From contig CAVXJH010000003.1 of the NCBI GenBank assembly GCA_963762115.1, positions 480,001-544,000 on the forward strand: a stretch of DNA of 64,000 nucleotides, read 5' to 3'. Positions 20,463 through 30,872 of this stretch are shown piece after piece. Below the pieces are notes generated by a model. That model searched no databases. It worked only from the letters and a program-made list of their open reading frames with translations, and was not told the origin of the DNA. The translations under genes and the position numbers were made by a program. Origin of the DNA: Candidatus Babeliales bacterium. Its GTDB lineage: Bacteria > Babelota > Babeliae > Babelales > JANWKD01. Within the stretch, counting starts at the first letter, position 1. Each line of letters starts with the position of its first letter.

Positions 20463-20491
20463 TAGACAGAAATCAAATAAAATCGTATACT
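20463..20491 (+). promoter_or_regulatory. Sigma70 promoter of rpsU-rbfA-pilD
   Basis: TAGACA-17 bp-TATACT. Confidence 0.55.
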
Positions 20492-20531
20492 TTAGATAAA
20501 TTTAACGTAATCCACCCAATAAAAGGTCATT

Positions 20532-20741
20532 ATGAGCAAAAGTTTCAATATTAAGATTTTCGTCAACAATAACGTTGAACGAGCTTTAAAGCAATTAAAG
20601 AAGAAAATGGAACGCGAAGGCGTTAGTCGTGATATGAAGCGTATCGTTTATTACGAACCACCTACACAAAAACGTCGCAAAAGCTTGATGCGCGCACAAA
20701 AACAAAATGCAATCCGTATGGCAACTCAAAGGCCTAGCTAA
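20532..20741 (+). CDS. rpsU: 30S ribosomal protein S21
   Basis: VERALKQLKKK..REG...YYEPPTQKRR. Confidence 0.9.
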   Translation: MSKSFNIKIFVNNNVERALKQLKKKMEREGVSRDMKRIVYYEPPTQKRRKSLMRAQKQNAIRMATQRPS

Positions 20742-20765
20742 ACCACTGATAGGCACAACCTCCTT

Positions 20766-21137
20766 ATGTTTGATAACCGCGCTAGAGATATAAAAAAAGC
20801 ACAAAAAGAACGATTACTCTTGAGAGAGATCTCAGGTTTGTTGTTACAAACAGGAACTGATGACCCACGCTTGCAAAAAGTTGTGGTGAGTCGGGTTTCT
20901 CTTTCTCCTGATAAAGGTTCCTGCACGGTGTTTTTTTATACCACTGAAGGAAAAGAAGCATTTGATGAAGCCTTAGAGGTTTTAAAGCTCTACAAACCAT
21001 CCCTTCGATCTGCATTGGCCGCAAAAATTCGTTCTCGCTATACCCCAAATCTAATTTTTCGCTTTGATGAACAACATGAAAAATCGGAAAAAATGAATGC
21101 GATCTTTGAACGTCTTAAAGAAAAAGGTGATGTATAA
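20766..21137 (+). CDS. rbfA: Ribosome-binding factor A
   Basis: DPRL..V.VSRVSLSPD, RYTPNLIFRFD. Confidence 0.9.
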   Translation: MFDNRARDIKKAQKERLLLREISGLLLQTGTDDPRLQKVVVSRVSLSPDKGSCTVFFYTTEGKEAFDEALEVLKLYKPSLRSALAAKIRSRYTPNLIFRFDEQHEKSEKMNAIFERLKEKGDV

Positions 21138-21148
21138 TTATTAAGGTA

Positions 21149-21883
21149 TTGATACCCTTTTTTTTAGCATGGGGTTCATTCCTCAATATGCTTGGGTACC
21201 GACTCATTTCACAAGAAAGCCTTCTGATTCCTCGTTCATTTTGCCCCCATTGCAAATCGATTATTGCTTGGTATGATAACATTCCTCTCATTTCATGGAT
21301 TTTGCTCAAGCACAAATGCCGAAACTGTTCTGCTCAAATCTCTTGGCTATATCCATTCATTGAATTAACAACAACAATCATCTTTTGTGCATTGCTTATC
21401 TCTATTCCCTCACATTATTGGGCAGCTTATGCCTGTTTTTTTTCAGCACTACTCATTACCATTCGCACTGACCTAGAGACAATGCTCATTTCACGCTATG
21501 CAACACTTTTTTTAATCCCCGTCGGATTCCTGTTAAGTTATTTTGAATTTTTGCCCATTTCACTTCTTGATAGTTTTTGCGGCGCATTAACTGCCTATGC
21601 ATGGCTTTATATAATTGGTTATCTTTTTTATAGAATTACCGGCAAAATAGGCCTTGGGCAAGGTGATTATGAATTAATGGCTTTTGTTGGTTCATTTTTA
21701 GGAATAATTGGCTGGTGGTTAACTTTATTAATCGGATCATTATTTGGTTCAATTGTTGGCTTAACCTATCTTGCAATCAGTGGAAAAAGTAAAGGGACCA
21801 AAATTCCTTTTGGCCCCTTTTTAGCTTTTGGTGCAATAATCTTTGTTTTTTTCGAAAAAATAATTACCAATTTCTTGTTCTAA
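21149..21883 (+). CDS. pilD: Type IV prepilin peptidase
   Basis: GSFLN, SFCPHC, YDNIPLISW, CRNC, GQGD, IPFGPFL; TTG start. Confidence 0.9.
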   Translation: MIPFFLAWGSFLNMLGYRLISQESLLIPRSFCPHCKSIIAWYDNIPLISWILLKHKCRNCSAQISWLYPFIELTTTIIFCALLISIPSHYWAAYACFFSALLITIRTDLETMLISRYATLFLIPVGFLLSYFEFLPISLLDSFCGALTAYAWLYIIGYLFYRITGKIGLGQGDYELMAFVGSFLGIIGWWLTLLIGSLFGSIVGLTYLAISGKSKGTKIPFGPFLAFGAIIFVFFEKIITNFLF

Positions 21884-21980
21884 CTTATTATTGATTCAAT
21901 CTATACTACAAAAAAAAATTTTTATTATTAAATTGCTTTATGCAGGCCAGATGCAAAATTATTTTTGTTTTTATAGTTTT

Positions 21981-22301
21981 GGCCCTATGCGGGCCAGGCA
22001 TCCTCCTACGCTTATCCACGCCTTCCGGCTTGGCAAGCTACGAAGGACAGGCAAACCTTCGCAAAGGTGCTGCAGATCGTTTAACGATTGAGATCCTAGG
22101 GAATATTTATAGATGTTTCATGGTGAAATTTTTATAAATAAGTTAGTCCGGTAGTGCGACGTGCACCTGGAATTTTGATGCTGAAGGCATCAATAATGGA
22201 ATGGTGCATATTCGCGCGGGAGAGACAATCCAACGGAACGTTGGGGCCCTTGTATCAAAGGTATTGGGCAAACAATACCTTTGTGCTGCCCGCATAGGGC
22301 C
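21981..22301. repeat. Modular hairpin repeat (family B) copy 1, MITE-like, with terminal inverted repeats
   Basis: GGCCCTATGCGGG...CCCGCATAGGGCC; largely the reverse complement of 47644-48051. Confidence 0.85.
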
Positions 22302-22328
22302 GAATGATATAAAAATAATAATAACTTA

Positions 22329-22817
22329 TCACGCAAGATCGTCTGTTACAATCTGAATATCATTATTTTGATTAACCGTCAGCACGTCAGCAACTCCATC
22401 ACCATCAATATCACCTGCCGCGGCAATAACAAAACCATCTTTATCAGCCCTTGTCCCCATTAAAGCTGAAGCTGGTGTGGCCAATTTACCGGTAAAATGG
22501 TGCTGACCTTCTTGGCCCTCACTAAAACCATAGGTATAATAAAACCGCTCTTTTTCTCCGCCACCAGAATAACCATCTGGTTTCCATCCTATGCCATTGT
22601 TACCATTTAATATGGTTGCATAGGTTCCATGTTCTGCCCAATGAGCTTTTTGAGCAACATATAAAGAACTAAGGTTCATATACGCTTCTGCACGTTTTGC
22701 TTTTGAAAAAAACCGTAAAAAGCTTGGAATTGATACCATTGAAAGAAATGCAATAATGGCAACAACAATCATTAATTCGATCAGGGTAAAACCCGACCTA
22801 TCCTTACACCTATCCAT
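22329..22817 (-). CDS. Type IV pilin
   Basis: G|FTLIELMIVVAIIAFL class III signal; AKRAEA; C-terminal GDIDGDGVADV. Confidence 0.9.
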   Translation of the reverse strand: MDRCKDRSGFTLIELMIVVAIIAFLSMVSIPSFLRFFSKAKRAEAYMNLSSLYVAQKAHWAEHGTYATILNGNNGIGWKPDGYSGGGEKERFYYTYGFSEGQEGQHHFTGKLATPASALMGTRADKDGFVIAAAGDIDGDGVADVLTVNQNNDIQIVTDDLA

Positions 22818-23174
22818 ATTTCCCCCTAACCCTAATAATCCCTATCCAGGTTAAATCTATCATACAAGCATGAGACCCTCTTTGGTCAAGAGTTACTTAA
22901 AAATAGCTTTTTTCAAACTAAAATTAATCAGTAATTATCGGATTAACATGAACAAAAACCTCACTATTTTTAATCTTTTGTAAATAAAAACAAGGGTTTT
23001 TTGATATATAATTCATAATTTGACTTTTTTAAAAATGCTAATAAAATTAAATAGTGAAGAGCAGAGTTGCTTTAAAAGGCCCAAAAAACCGTTTTTCAGG
23101 TTTAATGGTGAATTTTATCAGCTGGCTTTCTTGAGAGAGGTTTAAAAAATATAGCTATTTATGGAGAAATAAAA

Positions 23175-24599
23175 ATGGCAACACTTAACAAACAAACGAG
23201 TTCAGACAAAAGGTCTGGTCCGTTAGGGTCACAAAAAAATTACAATGAGATAATTGAGCTTCTCGATTCTTCTTGGTCATATACACCTTCAACAGAAAAA
23301 ACAATTGCAACCATGAAGGCTCTTGATCAAGCACTTGATTGCCCATCTAAAAAAATAGATGCAATTTTGGTAAGTGGTACAAATGGTAAAGGTTTAACGA
23401 TCCATTTTGCTACCAAATTATTACAAGAAGAAAAGATTTCATTCGGTGCTTTCTATTCACCTCATATTTTAAGCTACAACGAGCACTTTATCTTAAATAA
23501 TGAAACTATTTCAAACAAAACGTTCACCGAACTTGCTAATGAAGTAATCAATATTGCTCAGTCAAATGAGATTGCCGTAACGTCATACGAAATTCTCACC
23601 ATGATGGCAGTTTTATATTTTGCTCAAAACAATGTTGAAGTTGCTCTTCTTGAAATGAGAGAAGATAGTCCTTTTGATGCAACAGCAATTTGTCATCCAC
23701 AAGTTATTGCCGTTACCAGAATTACTGAAGAAGAATTAACACAAAAAAATGATCTTTCTGCTACCGTAATTAACAACTTACTACAATTAGTAAAACCTGG
23801 TACTCATGTTATTTCAGGTGATCAAAGCAAACTTAATTTACAATTGATGGCTGAAGCAGTCAAAAAAAATAACGGTACTTGGGCTATGCCTATCCGTAAA
23901 TTAGCTGCTCTTAAATATCCGTTTGAACAATTACACGGACGATGTGCCGCAATTGCTGAACGAATTTGTCAGATCTATGTTGATAAATTTGCTAAAGATG
24001 CAACAATTCTTGCAAATAGCTTATTAGCAAAACAAAAAGGTCAACGTGGTAGACCAACCCTAGAAGCAAAACGTGAAACTGAATTAAATCCTAAGAAAAC
24101 ATTAGAACAATTTTGGAAAGAAGAAGCAAGCACCTTGCCTGCACGCTTCCAAATTCTTGATAAAGAAAAACCAAGCATTCTTTTGGATAACGCAAGCAAT
24201 GTTGATGCGTTTACCAACCTTTTACTTGGCATCCGTCTTTTGCATTACCAACGCCCACTTAAAGGTTTAACCTTCATCTTTGGTTGTGATGCTCAGCAAA
24301 TGAACACTGAAGAGTTCTTACGACTCTTACGTTATTTCTCTAAAAAGAACTCAGGACAAATTATTTTCTGTCCTATTGAAGAACATGTTCCTGGCATTAA
24401 CGAAACATCATGGAATGTTGAACAAATAACCAATGATGTAAAAAGTCTCAAAATTAAAGCAAAATCAGCAAAAAGCTTTGAAGAAGCATTTGAGATTGCC
24501 AAAAAATCTGTTGATGAACGACATGGCCTTGTGGTTATTTCCGGTTCAAAAACAATTATTACTCAGTATTGGAAACTTAAGGGAATAAAAAAGATTTAA
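23175..24599 (+). CDS. Divergent FolC/Mur-ligase-like protein
   Basis: VSGTNGKG, FYSPH, PARFQ, LLDNASN, VVISGS; several FolC motifs degenerate. Confidence 0.7.
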   Translation: MATLNKQTSSDKRSGPLGSQKNYNEIIELLDSSWSYTPSTEKTIATMKALDQALDCPSKKIDAILVSGTNGKGLTIHFATKLLQEEKISFGAFYSPHILSYNEHFILNNETISNKTFTELANEVINIAQSNEIAVTSYEILTMMAVLYFAQNNVEVALLEMREDSPFDATAICHPQVIAVTRITEEELTQKNDLSATVINNLLQLVKPGTHVISGDQSKLNLQLMAEAVKKNNGTWAMPIRKLAALKYPFEQLHGRCAAIAERICQIYVDKFAKDATILANSLLAKQKGQRGRPTLEAKRETELNPKKTLEQFWKEEASTLPARFQILDKEKPSILLDNASNVDAFTNLLLGIRLLHYQRPLKGLTFIFGCDAQQMNTEEFLRLLRYFSKKNSGQIIFCPIEEHVPGINETSWNVEQITNDVKSLKIKAKSAKSFEEAFEIAKKSVDERHGLVVISGSKTIITQYWKLKGIKKI

Positions 24600-24602
24600 T
24601 CG

Positions 24603-24869
24603 ATGTATGTACCATCAATTATTATCGGACTCCTTTTAGGTTATAGTTATTGGCTCTCTTTGTTATTCGTAACAAAGAGAGCTTCTTTATGTACACAATC
24701 AAAAGCAAACAACATCATTATCATTACTGCACTAAGTTCCTTTGTGCGAATAGTACTCTTTGCAGGAATTTTTTATTATTTGTTGCGGCAAACAAATCTT
24801 CATCCTATACTAATACTACTTGTGTTTTTAAGCTCATTTTGGCTATTACTCTTGTTAAAGAAAGATTAA
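24603..24869 (+). CDS. atpI: ATP synthase protein I-like membrane protein
   Basis: Small 3-TM protein with SFVR motif immediately upstream of atpB. Confidence 0.55.
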   Translation: MYVPSIIIGLLLGYSYWLSLLFVTKRASLCTQSKANNIIIITALSSFVRIVLFAGIFYYLLRQTNLHPILILLVFLSSFWLLLLLKKD

Positions 24870-24875
24870 ATAGAA

Positions 24876-25622
24876 ATGGAAGGCCTCGAACTTCTTGCTG
24901 TTGAACTATGGAATCCGCTTGGTTATTTTGGCATTGATAATGAGATGCTTAAAATAAATGCTGTAACCCTTATTAATACATGGGCTGTCTTACTAATTTT
25001 ATTAATCAGCATTTTAATAGTACGAATATTTGTAACAAAGAAGAAAACATTATTCCATTTTATAGTAAAATCTGGCATACAATCTTTTATTGATCTGACC
25101 ACACAATCTCTTGGTAGTTTTTCTTATCAACATTTTGCTTTTATCACCGCACTTTTTATTTTTATAGCATATTGCAACCTCATAGCACTCATTCCTTGGC
25201 TTGAAGAGCCAACAAAAGATTTAAATACTGCATTCGCCTTAGGATGCATTTCATTTTTTTATAAAGATTATTATGCCATTAAAGTTCATGGTTTGGGCAG
25301 CTATATTAAAGAATTTTTCCAGCCTTTCTTTCTCACATTCCCCTTAAACGTTGTCGGCCATTTTTCAAAAATTGTTTCTATATCATTCCGACTTTTTGGT
25401 AATATTTTTGGCGGTTCAGTTATTGTACATATTTATAACAATGCAATCGCAGGATCCATTATCTTTGAAACATTGGGTATTATTTCTGGCCTTAATCTTC
25501 TCACCACGCTATTTTTTATTGTTTTTGAAGGTACCATCCAAGCATTTGTTTTCACCATGCTCTCATTAACCTATTTAGCAATTGCTATTCAACCGGAAGA
25601 GTCTGAAGGAGAAATAATCTAA
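24876..25622 (+). CDS. atpB: F0 ATP synthase subunit a
   Basis: PTKDLN, SISFRLFGNIFGG (essential Arg), IQAFVFTML..TY. Confidence 0.93.
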   Translation: MEGLELLAVELWNPLGYFGIDNEMLKINAVTLINTWAVLLILLISILIVRIFVTKKKTLFHFIVKSGIQSFIDLTTQSLGSFSYQHFAFITALFIFIAYCNLIALIPWLEEPTKDLNTAFALGCISFFYKDYYAIKVHGLGSYIKEFFQPFFLTFPLNVVGHFSKIVSISFRLFGNIFGGSVIVHIYNNAIAGSIIFETLGIISGLNLLTTLFFIVFEGTIQAFVFTMLSLTYLAIAIQPEESEGEII

Positions 25623-26587
25623 TGCAAGAATTCGGCGCAGCATTACATGCTCTCAGCATTCTATTTTCTGTTGGTGTCACCTCATTAGGCGTTGGCCTTG
25701 GTGGTGGCATTGCTGCTAGAGGCGCATTACATGCTCTCAACATTGCACCACAAAGTGGTCCTGAAATTTTACGCGCCATTATTATTGGTTTGGCATTAAT
25801 TGAAACAGGTGGCATTCTTGGCGTTGTTATGGGCCTCATCCTTTTACTCGGTCAATCAATGAGTGATCCTTCATTATTGTATATTGGCATCAGCGAATGT
25901 GGCATTGCATTTGCCTTGGGCATTACCGGATGCATGGTTGGCATTTATTCAGCATTGCCAGCACGGCAAGCAGCATTATCAATTGCACGACAACCGTTTT
26001 TTAGTTCAAAAGTTATTAACATTATGCTTTTAACACAATCAATTATTCAAACACCCGTTATTTTTGGCTTTCTCATTTCACTTTTCATCAAAGCACAACT
26101 TATACAAGTACATGATTTTACTCATAGTTTAAAATTGCTGGCAAGCGGTTTATGTTTGGGCATTGGCAGCATCGGCCCTGTTATCGGTCTTGCACGGTTT
26201 GCACAAGTTGCTGTTGAAAGTATTGGTAAAAACCGTGATTCATATGGTAAAGTTATGCCATTCACCTTTATTAGTCAGGCAATTATTGAAACGCCAATCA
26301 TTTTTGCTTTTGTAATTGCTATCATTTTATTAGTTTCACCTGTTGATTTTCATCATATGTCACTGTATGGCATAGGCTTTATAACAGCTGCACTTGCTAT
26401 CGGCATCGGCACCTTTGGCCCTGGTATCAGTTCAGGGAAAATAGCTTCAGCTGCATGCAAAGAAATTGCTGTTGACCCAAAAAATTCTTCATTACTCATG
26501 AAAACAAGTATTCTAGGCCAAGGAATTGTTGATGCAGCAGCAATTTATGCTTTACTCGTTTCTCTCTTGTTACTCTTGTTAAAATAG
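25622..26587 (+). CDS. atpE: F0 ATP synthase subunit c, four fused hairpins (321 aa)
   Basis: Four Gly-rich helix/loop/helix units with LIETG, IIQTP, IIETP, IVDAA; ARQP loop in unit 2; TAATG overlap with atpB. Confidence 0.85.
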   Translation: MQEFGAALHALSILFSVGVTSLGVGLGGGIAARGALHALNIAPQSGPEILRAIIIGLALIETGGILGVVMGLILLLGQSMSDPSLLYIGISECGIAFALGITGCMVGIYSALPARQAALSIARQPFFSSKVINIMLLTQSIIQTPVIFGFLISLFIKAQLIQVHDFTHSLKLLASGLCLGIGSIGPVIGLARFAQVAVESIGKNRDSYGKVMPFTFISQAIIETPIIFAFVIAIILLVSPVDFHHMSLYGIGFITAALAIGIGTFGPGISSGKIASAACKEIAVDPKNSSLLMKTSILGQGIVDAAAIYALLVSLLLLLLK

Positions 26588-26617
26588 AAATAACATTAAT
26601 GCGTTATAGGAAAAAAA

Positions 26618-27079
26618 ATGAATGCACTCATAAGGCCCAAAGTTGGCGTTGGCATCCTGATTATCAAAGATGATAAACTTCTTATGGGAAAAAGAAAAAA
26701 TGCTCACGGGCAAGGTACATGGGCCCCGCCAGGCGGCCATTTAGAATTTAATGAAACACCAGAAGAATGTGCAAAACGAGAAGTTTTAGAAGAAACCGGT
26801 TTACTCATTAAAAATGTTCACCGACTCACCTTCACTAATGATATTTTCTTTGACGAAAGCAAACATTATATTACTTTATATTATATTTCAGAATATTCTT
26901 CAGGCACACCTCACGTGTTAGAACCTGATAAATGCGAATCATGGGAATGGTTTTCACTTTCAAATTTGCCTACTCCTCTTTTTCTTTCATTCGAAAATTT
27001 ACTCAAACAACATGCAATACATTCCTTTGATTATCATGAAATCGCTCAAGCTTGTTATCTAAAAGATATCTCATTTTAA
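26618..27079 (+). CDS. Nudix hydrolase (MutT/NUDT15-like)
   Basis: Nudix box GGHLEFNETPEECAKREVLEETG; EPDKCESWEW. Confidence 0.9.
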   Translation: MNALIRPKVGVGILIIKDDKLLMGKRKNAHGQGTWAPPGGHLEFNETPEECAKREVLEETGLLIKNVHRLTFTNDIFFDESKHYITLYYISEYSSGTPHVLEPDKCESWEWFSLSNLPTPLFLSFENLLKQHAIHSFDYHEIAQACYLKDISF

Positions 27080-27147
27080 CACAAATTTAATGAGCAACAT
27101 TTTTTAAAATAAAAAGTATTGAACTTACAACAAAAACATTAAAACCG

Positions 27148-27328
27148 AAATGTCATTGCGAGGCACATTGTGCCGTGGCAACCCAGATTATAAAATTCTT
27201 TCTTTATTTTTTCTAATTTTAATTTGCTTAAATTTACTGATTCAATAAGCTTTTTATTTTTATGGATTTTATTAATAGAACATTATAATCTGGGTTGCCA
27301 CGGCACAATGTGCCTCGCAATGACATTT
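27148..27328. repeat. Family A inverted-repeat doublet (REPIN-like), no cargo
   Basis: 46-bp perfect arms 27148-27193 / 27283-27328 (AAATGTCATTGCGAGGCACATTGTGCCGTGGCAACCCAGATTATAA) around an AT-rich spacer. Confidence 0.9.
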
Positions 27329-27400
27329 TGGCATATATTGTAATCTCGAAGCAGTGCATTATAATTATTATCTAAAAAACTAGAGAAAAGAGTAAATACA

Positions 27401-28537
27401 ATGGAAAAAAAGGAGCTCCAGGTACTTTATATTATCACCAAATTAGAATTGGGCGGCGCACAAAAAGTATGTTTATCACTGTTTGAAAAACTTCAAAATC
27501 TTGGCAATGCAGCCTATCTTATTTCTGGCAATGAAGGAACTTTAGTCGATCAGGTAAAAAACAAAAATAATGTTCATTTACTGCCTAATTTTAAACGTGA
27601 AATGTCTTTAAAAATAGTTTGGTCAGAACTAAAAAACTTCTTTCAACTCATCTGGCATATTCGTAATCTGCGCAAAGAAAATCCTCGACTTATTGTACAC
27701 ACCCATAGCACAAAAGCAGGCTTAATTGGCCGCTGGGCAGCATTTTTTGCACGAGTGCCAACACGCATACACACCGTGCATGGGTACCATTTTCATGATC
27801 ATCAATCATGGCCATTATGGCTTATTTCTTATCTTCTTGAATTCATTACGAGCTTTATTACGACACATTATGTGTGTGTTTCATCAGCTGACATTAACTA
27901 CGGCATCAAGTTATTACCTTTTTTTAAGAAAAAAAGCTCAATCATCCGCGCAGCCGTTGCTTGGGAACAATTTTATTTGTCTGCCAAAGTCACCACCATA
28001 CAAGATAAAAAACCTTTTGTAATCGGTACGGTTGCTTGCTTCAAAAAACAAAAAAATATTGATGAATTGTTACAAGCTTTTACTCATGCATATCAAAAAA
28101 ATAATTTGCTCAGACTTGAAATCTTAGGTGATGGCATTTTAAGAAACAGTTTTGAAGAATGGATTAATAAGCATAATCTTTCAGCGGTCATAACCCTCCA
28201 TGGTTGGCAAAAAGATGTCAGTTCATTTATGAAAATATGGCACGCTTTTGCTTTAACATCACTCTGGGAAGGATTACCATGCGCTATTATTGAAGCACGC
28301 CTTATGAAATTACCAATTCTTGCTTATAATACTGGCGGCATTCATGATGTTGTTTTTAACAATCAAAATGGCTTTTTATATGCCCAACATGATTGGCAAA
28401 CCATGGCCGATGATATGCTTAAAATAAGCAACAATAAAGAGTTATACAACCGCTTAAGTAATCACCAAGAAGATCTATTAGCGTTTCATGATAACAATAT
28501 GGTTCAAGCACATGTTGCTTTATATGCATCGTATTAA
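27401..28537 (+). CDS. Glycosyltransferase family 4
   Basis: GGAQK, HTHSTKAG, HTVHG, SLWEGLPCAIIEA. Confidence 0.9.
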   Translation: MEKKELQVLYIITKLELGGAQKVCLSLFEKLQNLGNAAYLISGNEGTLVDQVKNKNNVHLLPNFKREMSLKIVWSELKNFFQLIWHIRNLRKENPRLIVHTHSTKAGLIGRWAAFFARVPTRIHTVHGYHFHDHQSWPLWLISYLLEFITSFITTHYVCVSSADINYGIKLLPFFKKKSSIIRAAVAWEQFYLSAKVTTIQDKKPFVIGTVACFKKQKNIDELLQAFTHAYQKNNLLRLEILGDGILRNSFEEWINKHNLSAVITLHGWQKDVSSFMKIWHAFALTSLWEGLPCAIIEARLMKLPILAYNTGGIHDVVFNNQNGFLYAQHDWQTMADDMLKISNNKELYNRLSNHQEDLLAFHDNNMVQAHVALYASY

Positions 28538-28600
28538 CACTAATTCAATATAAAAAATTTAAAAACTTAATAATCAAAAATAACTACCAATACATCGAAT

Positions 28601-28781
28601 TGTCATTGCGAGGCACATTGTGCCGTGGCAACCCAGATTATAATGTTTTAATAAATAAGAGTTCATAAAAAAAACTAAAAAATTATTAGATGAACAAATC
28701 TTTTTTAATTAAATTATAAGGGAAAATGATAGAATTTTATAGGCTGGGTTGCCACGGCAACAATGTTGCCTCGCAATGACA
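28601..28781. repeat. Family A inverted-repeat doublet (REPIN-like), no cargo
   Basis: TGTCATTGCGAGGCACATTGTGCCGTGGCAACCCAG...CTGGGTTGCCACGGCAACAATGTTGCCTCGCAATGACA. Confidence 0.9.
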
Positions 28782-28843
28782 TTCCTAGTTATTTTATTCA
28801 TCATAAACTCGTTTTGTTTATCAAGCATAGTAACTTTGGCCAA

Positions 28844-29629
28844 CTAATATTGGCCCAATTTGCCACGTTTTTTTGCAATTTTTTCACAATACATAAAAAG
28901 CAAAAGACCGCCCATAAAATATAATCCAGAATTCATTAACAATGAAAACAATTGACCATTTTTTACCAACATCGTTAATGACTTTGATTCAAACAATACT
29001 GCACGCAAGACAATGATGCCTTCTGCTGTTGGTAACGTGTGAGCAATTTTCTGAATCCAAACAGGCAACTGTTCAATAGGAAGCATTGAACCACTCAAAT
29101 AAAACAAAAGATTATCAATAAGATCAATTAACCCAGCCACATTTTTATACAGTAAAGCCATACCTGCTATACACAAGCCAAAACCGATAAGGCCAACAAG
29201 AATAATAAGCAAAACAGGAATTGCAGCAATATGTAAGGGAATATGGATAGAACATACGTACATAATAATAACACTCATTGCCGCAATCATCATTGTTGAA
29301 GAAACAATTGTTGAAATGCTTGCCCCTATAAAAATTAATGCCGGATGAACGGGGCTCATATACATTTGCTCAAGAGTCCCACTCCGCCCTTCAAGCGTTA
29401 AAATAAGACTTACTTTTAAAATATAGGATGAATATACCCAAACAATATAACCAATTAAAGACGGGCCAAATTCTTCAAGATTAGTATTACCATAATTCAT
29501 GAGTAATGCCGTTCCCAAAAAATAAATGCCCAAGGTAATGAGTTCACTAATGACATTAAATTTATAATGCCACGTTACCAATAACCCTTTTCGAATCTCA
29601 TTAAGAATAACTAAAAATGCCGTCTTCAT
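28844..29629 (-). CDS. ABC-2 type exporter permease
   Basis: EGRSGTLEQ, LSGSMLPIEQLP; six TM. Confidence 0.85.
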   Translation of the reverse strand: MKTAFLVILNEIRKGLLVTWHYKFNVISELITLGIYFLGTALLMNYGNTNLEEFGPSLIGYIVWVYSSYILKVSLILTLEGRSGTLEQMYMSPVHPALIFIGASISTIVSSTMMIAAMSVIIMYVCSIHIPLHIAAIPVLLIILVGLIGFGLCIAGMALLYKNVAGLIDLIDNLLFYLSGSMLPIEQLPVWIQKIAHTLPTAEGIIVLRAVLFESKSLTMLVKNGQLFSLLMNSGLYFMGGLLLFMYCEKIAKKRGKLGQY

Positions 29630-29633
29630 ACTA

Positions 29634-30575
29634 TTAATTTTGATTCATGAGTAACACAAATACCTCTTCCAAATTATTATTAACCTTTGAAGCTGAAAGT
29701 AACGCCAAACCATTTTCCTTAATTTTTTCAATTAATACATATAATTCTTGAGAACTTGATAACGTACCTGAAAGTATCGTTTTGTTATCCTGTTGATTAA
29801 TGATAAAGTTTGGAAACAAATCGGATTGCGTCTGATTTAATGCTCCATCAAGCTTTATTTGATAACTCGTATGAGAACAAAGATTCAAAAATTCACTCAC
29901 AGGCTTTTGAGCAATTAATTTCCCTTTATTCATGATGCCAACATAATCACACAATTGTTCGGCAATATCGAGTTGATGCGTTGTCAAAACGATAGTTTTT
30001 CCTTCATCGCGAGCAAGCTTGGTAATCCATTTCTTCACCGTTCGCGCTGCTTGCACATCAAGACCCAATGTTGGCTCATCAAAAAGGATAATTGGCGGAT
30101 TAGCAACTAATGCACAAGCAATAGCAACTTTTTGTTGCGTACCACGGGAAAAATCACCAACCAGTTCATAACGACAATCCCATAATTCCAAATCATGCAA
30201 CAACATGGTAGCACGATCATGTAATTCTTGCCCCGAAAACCCTTTCAATCTGCCATAATATAAAAGATTCTCTAACGTGCTGAGTTGCCAATAAATATTA
30301 CGAGCACCTTCTAAAACCACGCCAATTTGCCGCATGGCGTTATGACGATCAGCAGTAATATCATAGCCGTTTAATTTAATAGTTCCTTGTGTTTGGGTAA
30401 TAAGACCGCAAATCAATTTCAACATAGTCGTTTTGCCCGCGCCATTTGGTCCTAAAAAACCAAAAACCTCGCCTGCTTGAATAGACAAATCTATGGAATC
30501 AACTGCCTGAAACTGTTCTTTGTTACCTTGCTCAAAGATCTTGCTTAATTTCTTTAACTCTATGGCAATAGCCAC
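29634..30575 (-). CDS. ABC exporter ATP-binding protein
   Basis: GPNGAGKT, FSRGTQQK, LFDEPT; GTG start with AGGGG. Confidence 0.9.
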   Translation of the reverse strand: MAIAIELKKLSKIFEQGNKEQFQAVDSIDLSIQAGEVFGFLGPNGAGKTTMLKLICGLITQTQGTIKLNGYDITADRHNAMRQIGVVLEGARNIYWQLSTLENLLYYGRLKGFSGQELHDRATMLLHDLELWDCRYELVGDFSRGTQQKVAIACALVANPPIILFDEPTLGLDVQAARTVKKWITKLARDEGKTIVLTTHQLDIAEQLCDYVGIMNKGKLIAQKPVSEFLNLCSHTSYQIKLDGALNQTQSDLFPNFIINQQDNKTILSGTLSSSQELYVLIEKIKENGLALLSASKVNNNLEEVFVLLMNQN

Positions 30576-30872
30576 ATTTCCCCCTACAGGTTAAAAAAAT
30601 GAAAATACTTAAGGCATATAATCATTAAGTATATAACCACCCTTAGTATGCTTTGTTCATGATAGATAAAACAATAGTAATGACATCTGCATTGTAATGA
30701 TTAAGTAAACTACTCTACATAAGCTTTCTAAAAACAAGAATTGGTTAAGAATTTTTAGATATTTATTAATAAAACATTGTCAGAGTATAACAAAAAAAAG
30801 TTTTATCGCTAGCAATACTCTCTTTATTAAACAAAATTTTAAAAATAATGCAAAAAATAATAAAAATAATGC

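Noticed and set aside
21891..22137. Short ORFs 21891-22091 and 21940-22137
   Set aside because: They run through the family B repeat, have no recognisable motif, and are not kept as the same ORF in other copies
21981..22301. Family B as tRNA, tmRNA, RNase P or SRP RNA
   Set aside because: No hallmark motifs recognised by eye, and multicopy with variable modules; an Rfam scan is still needed
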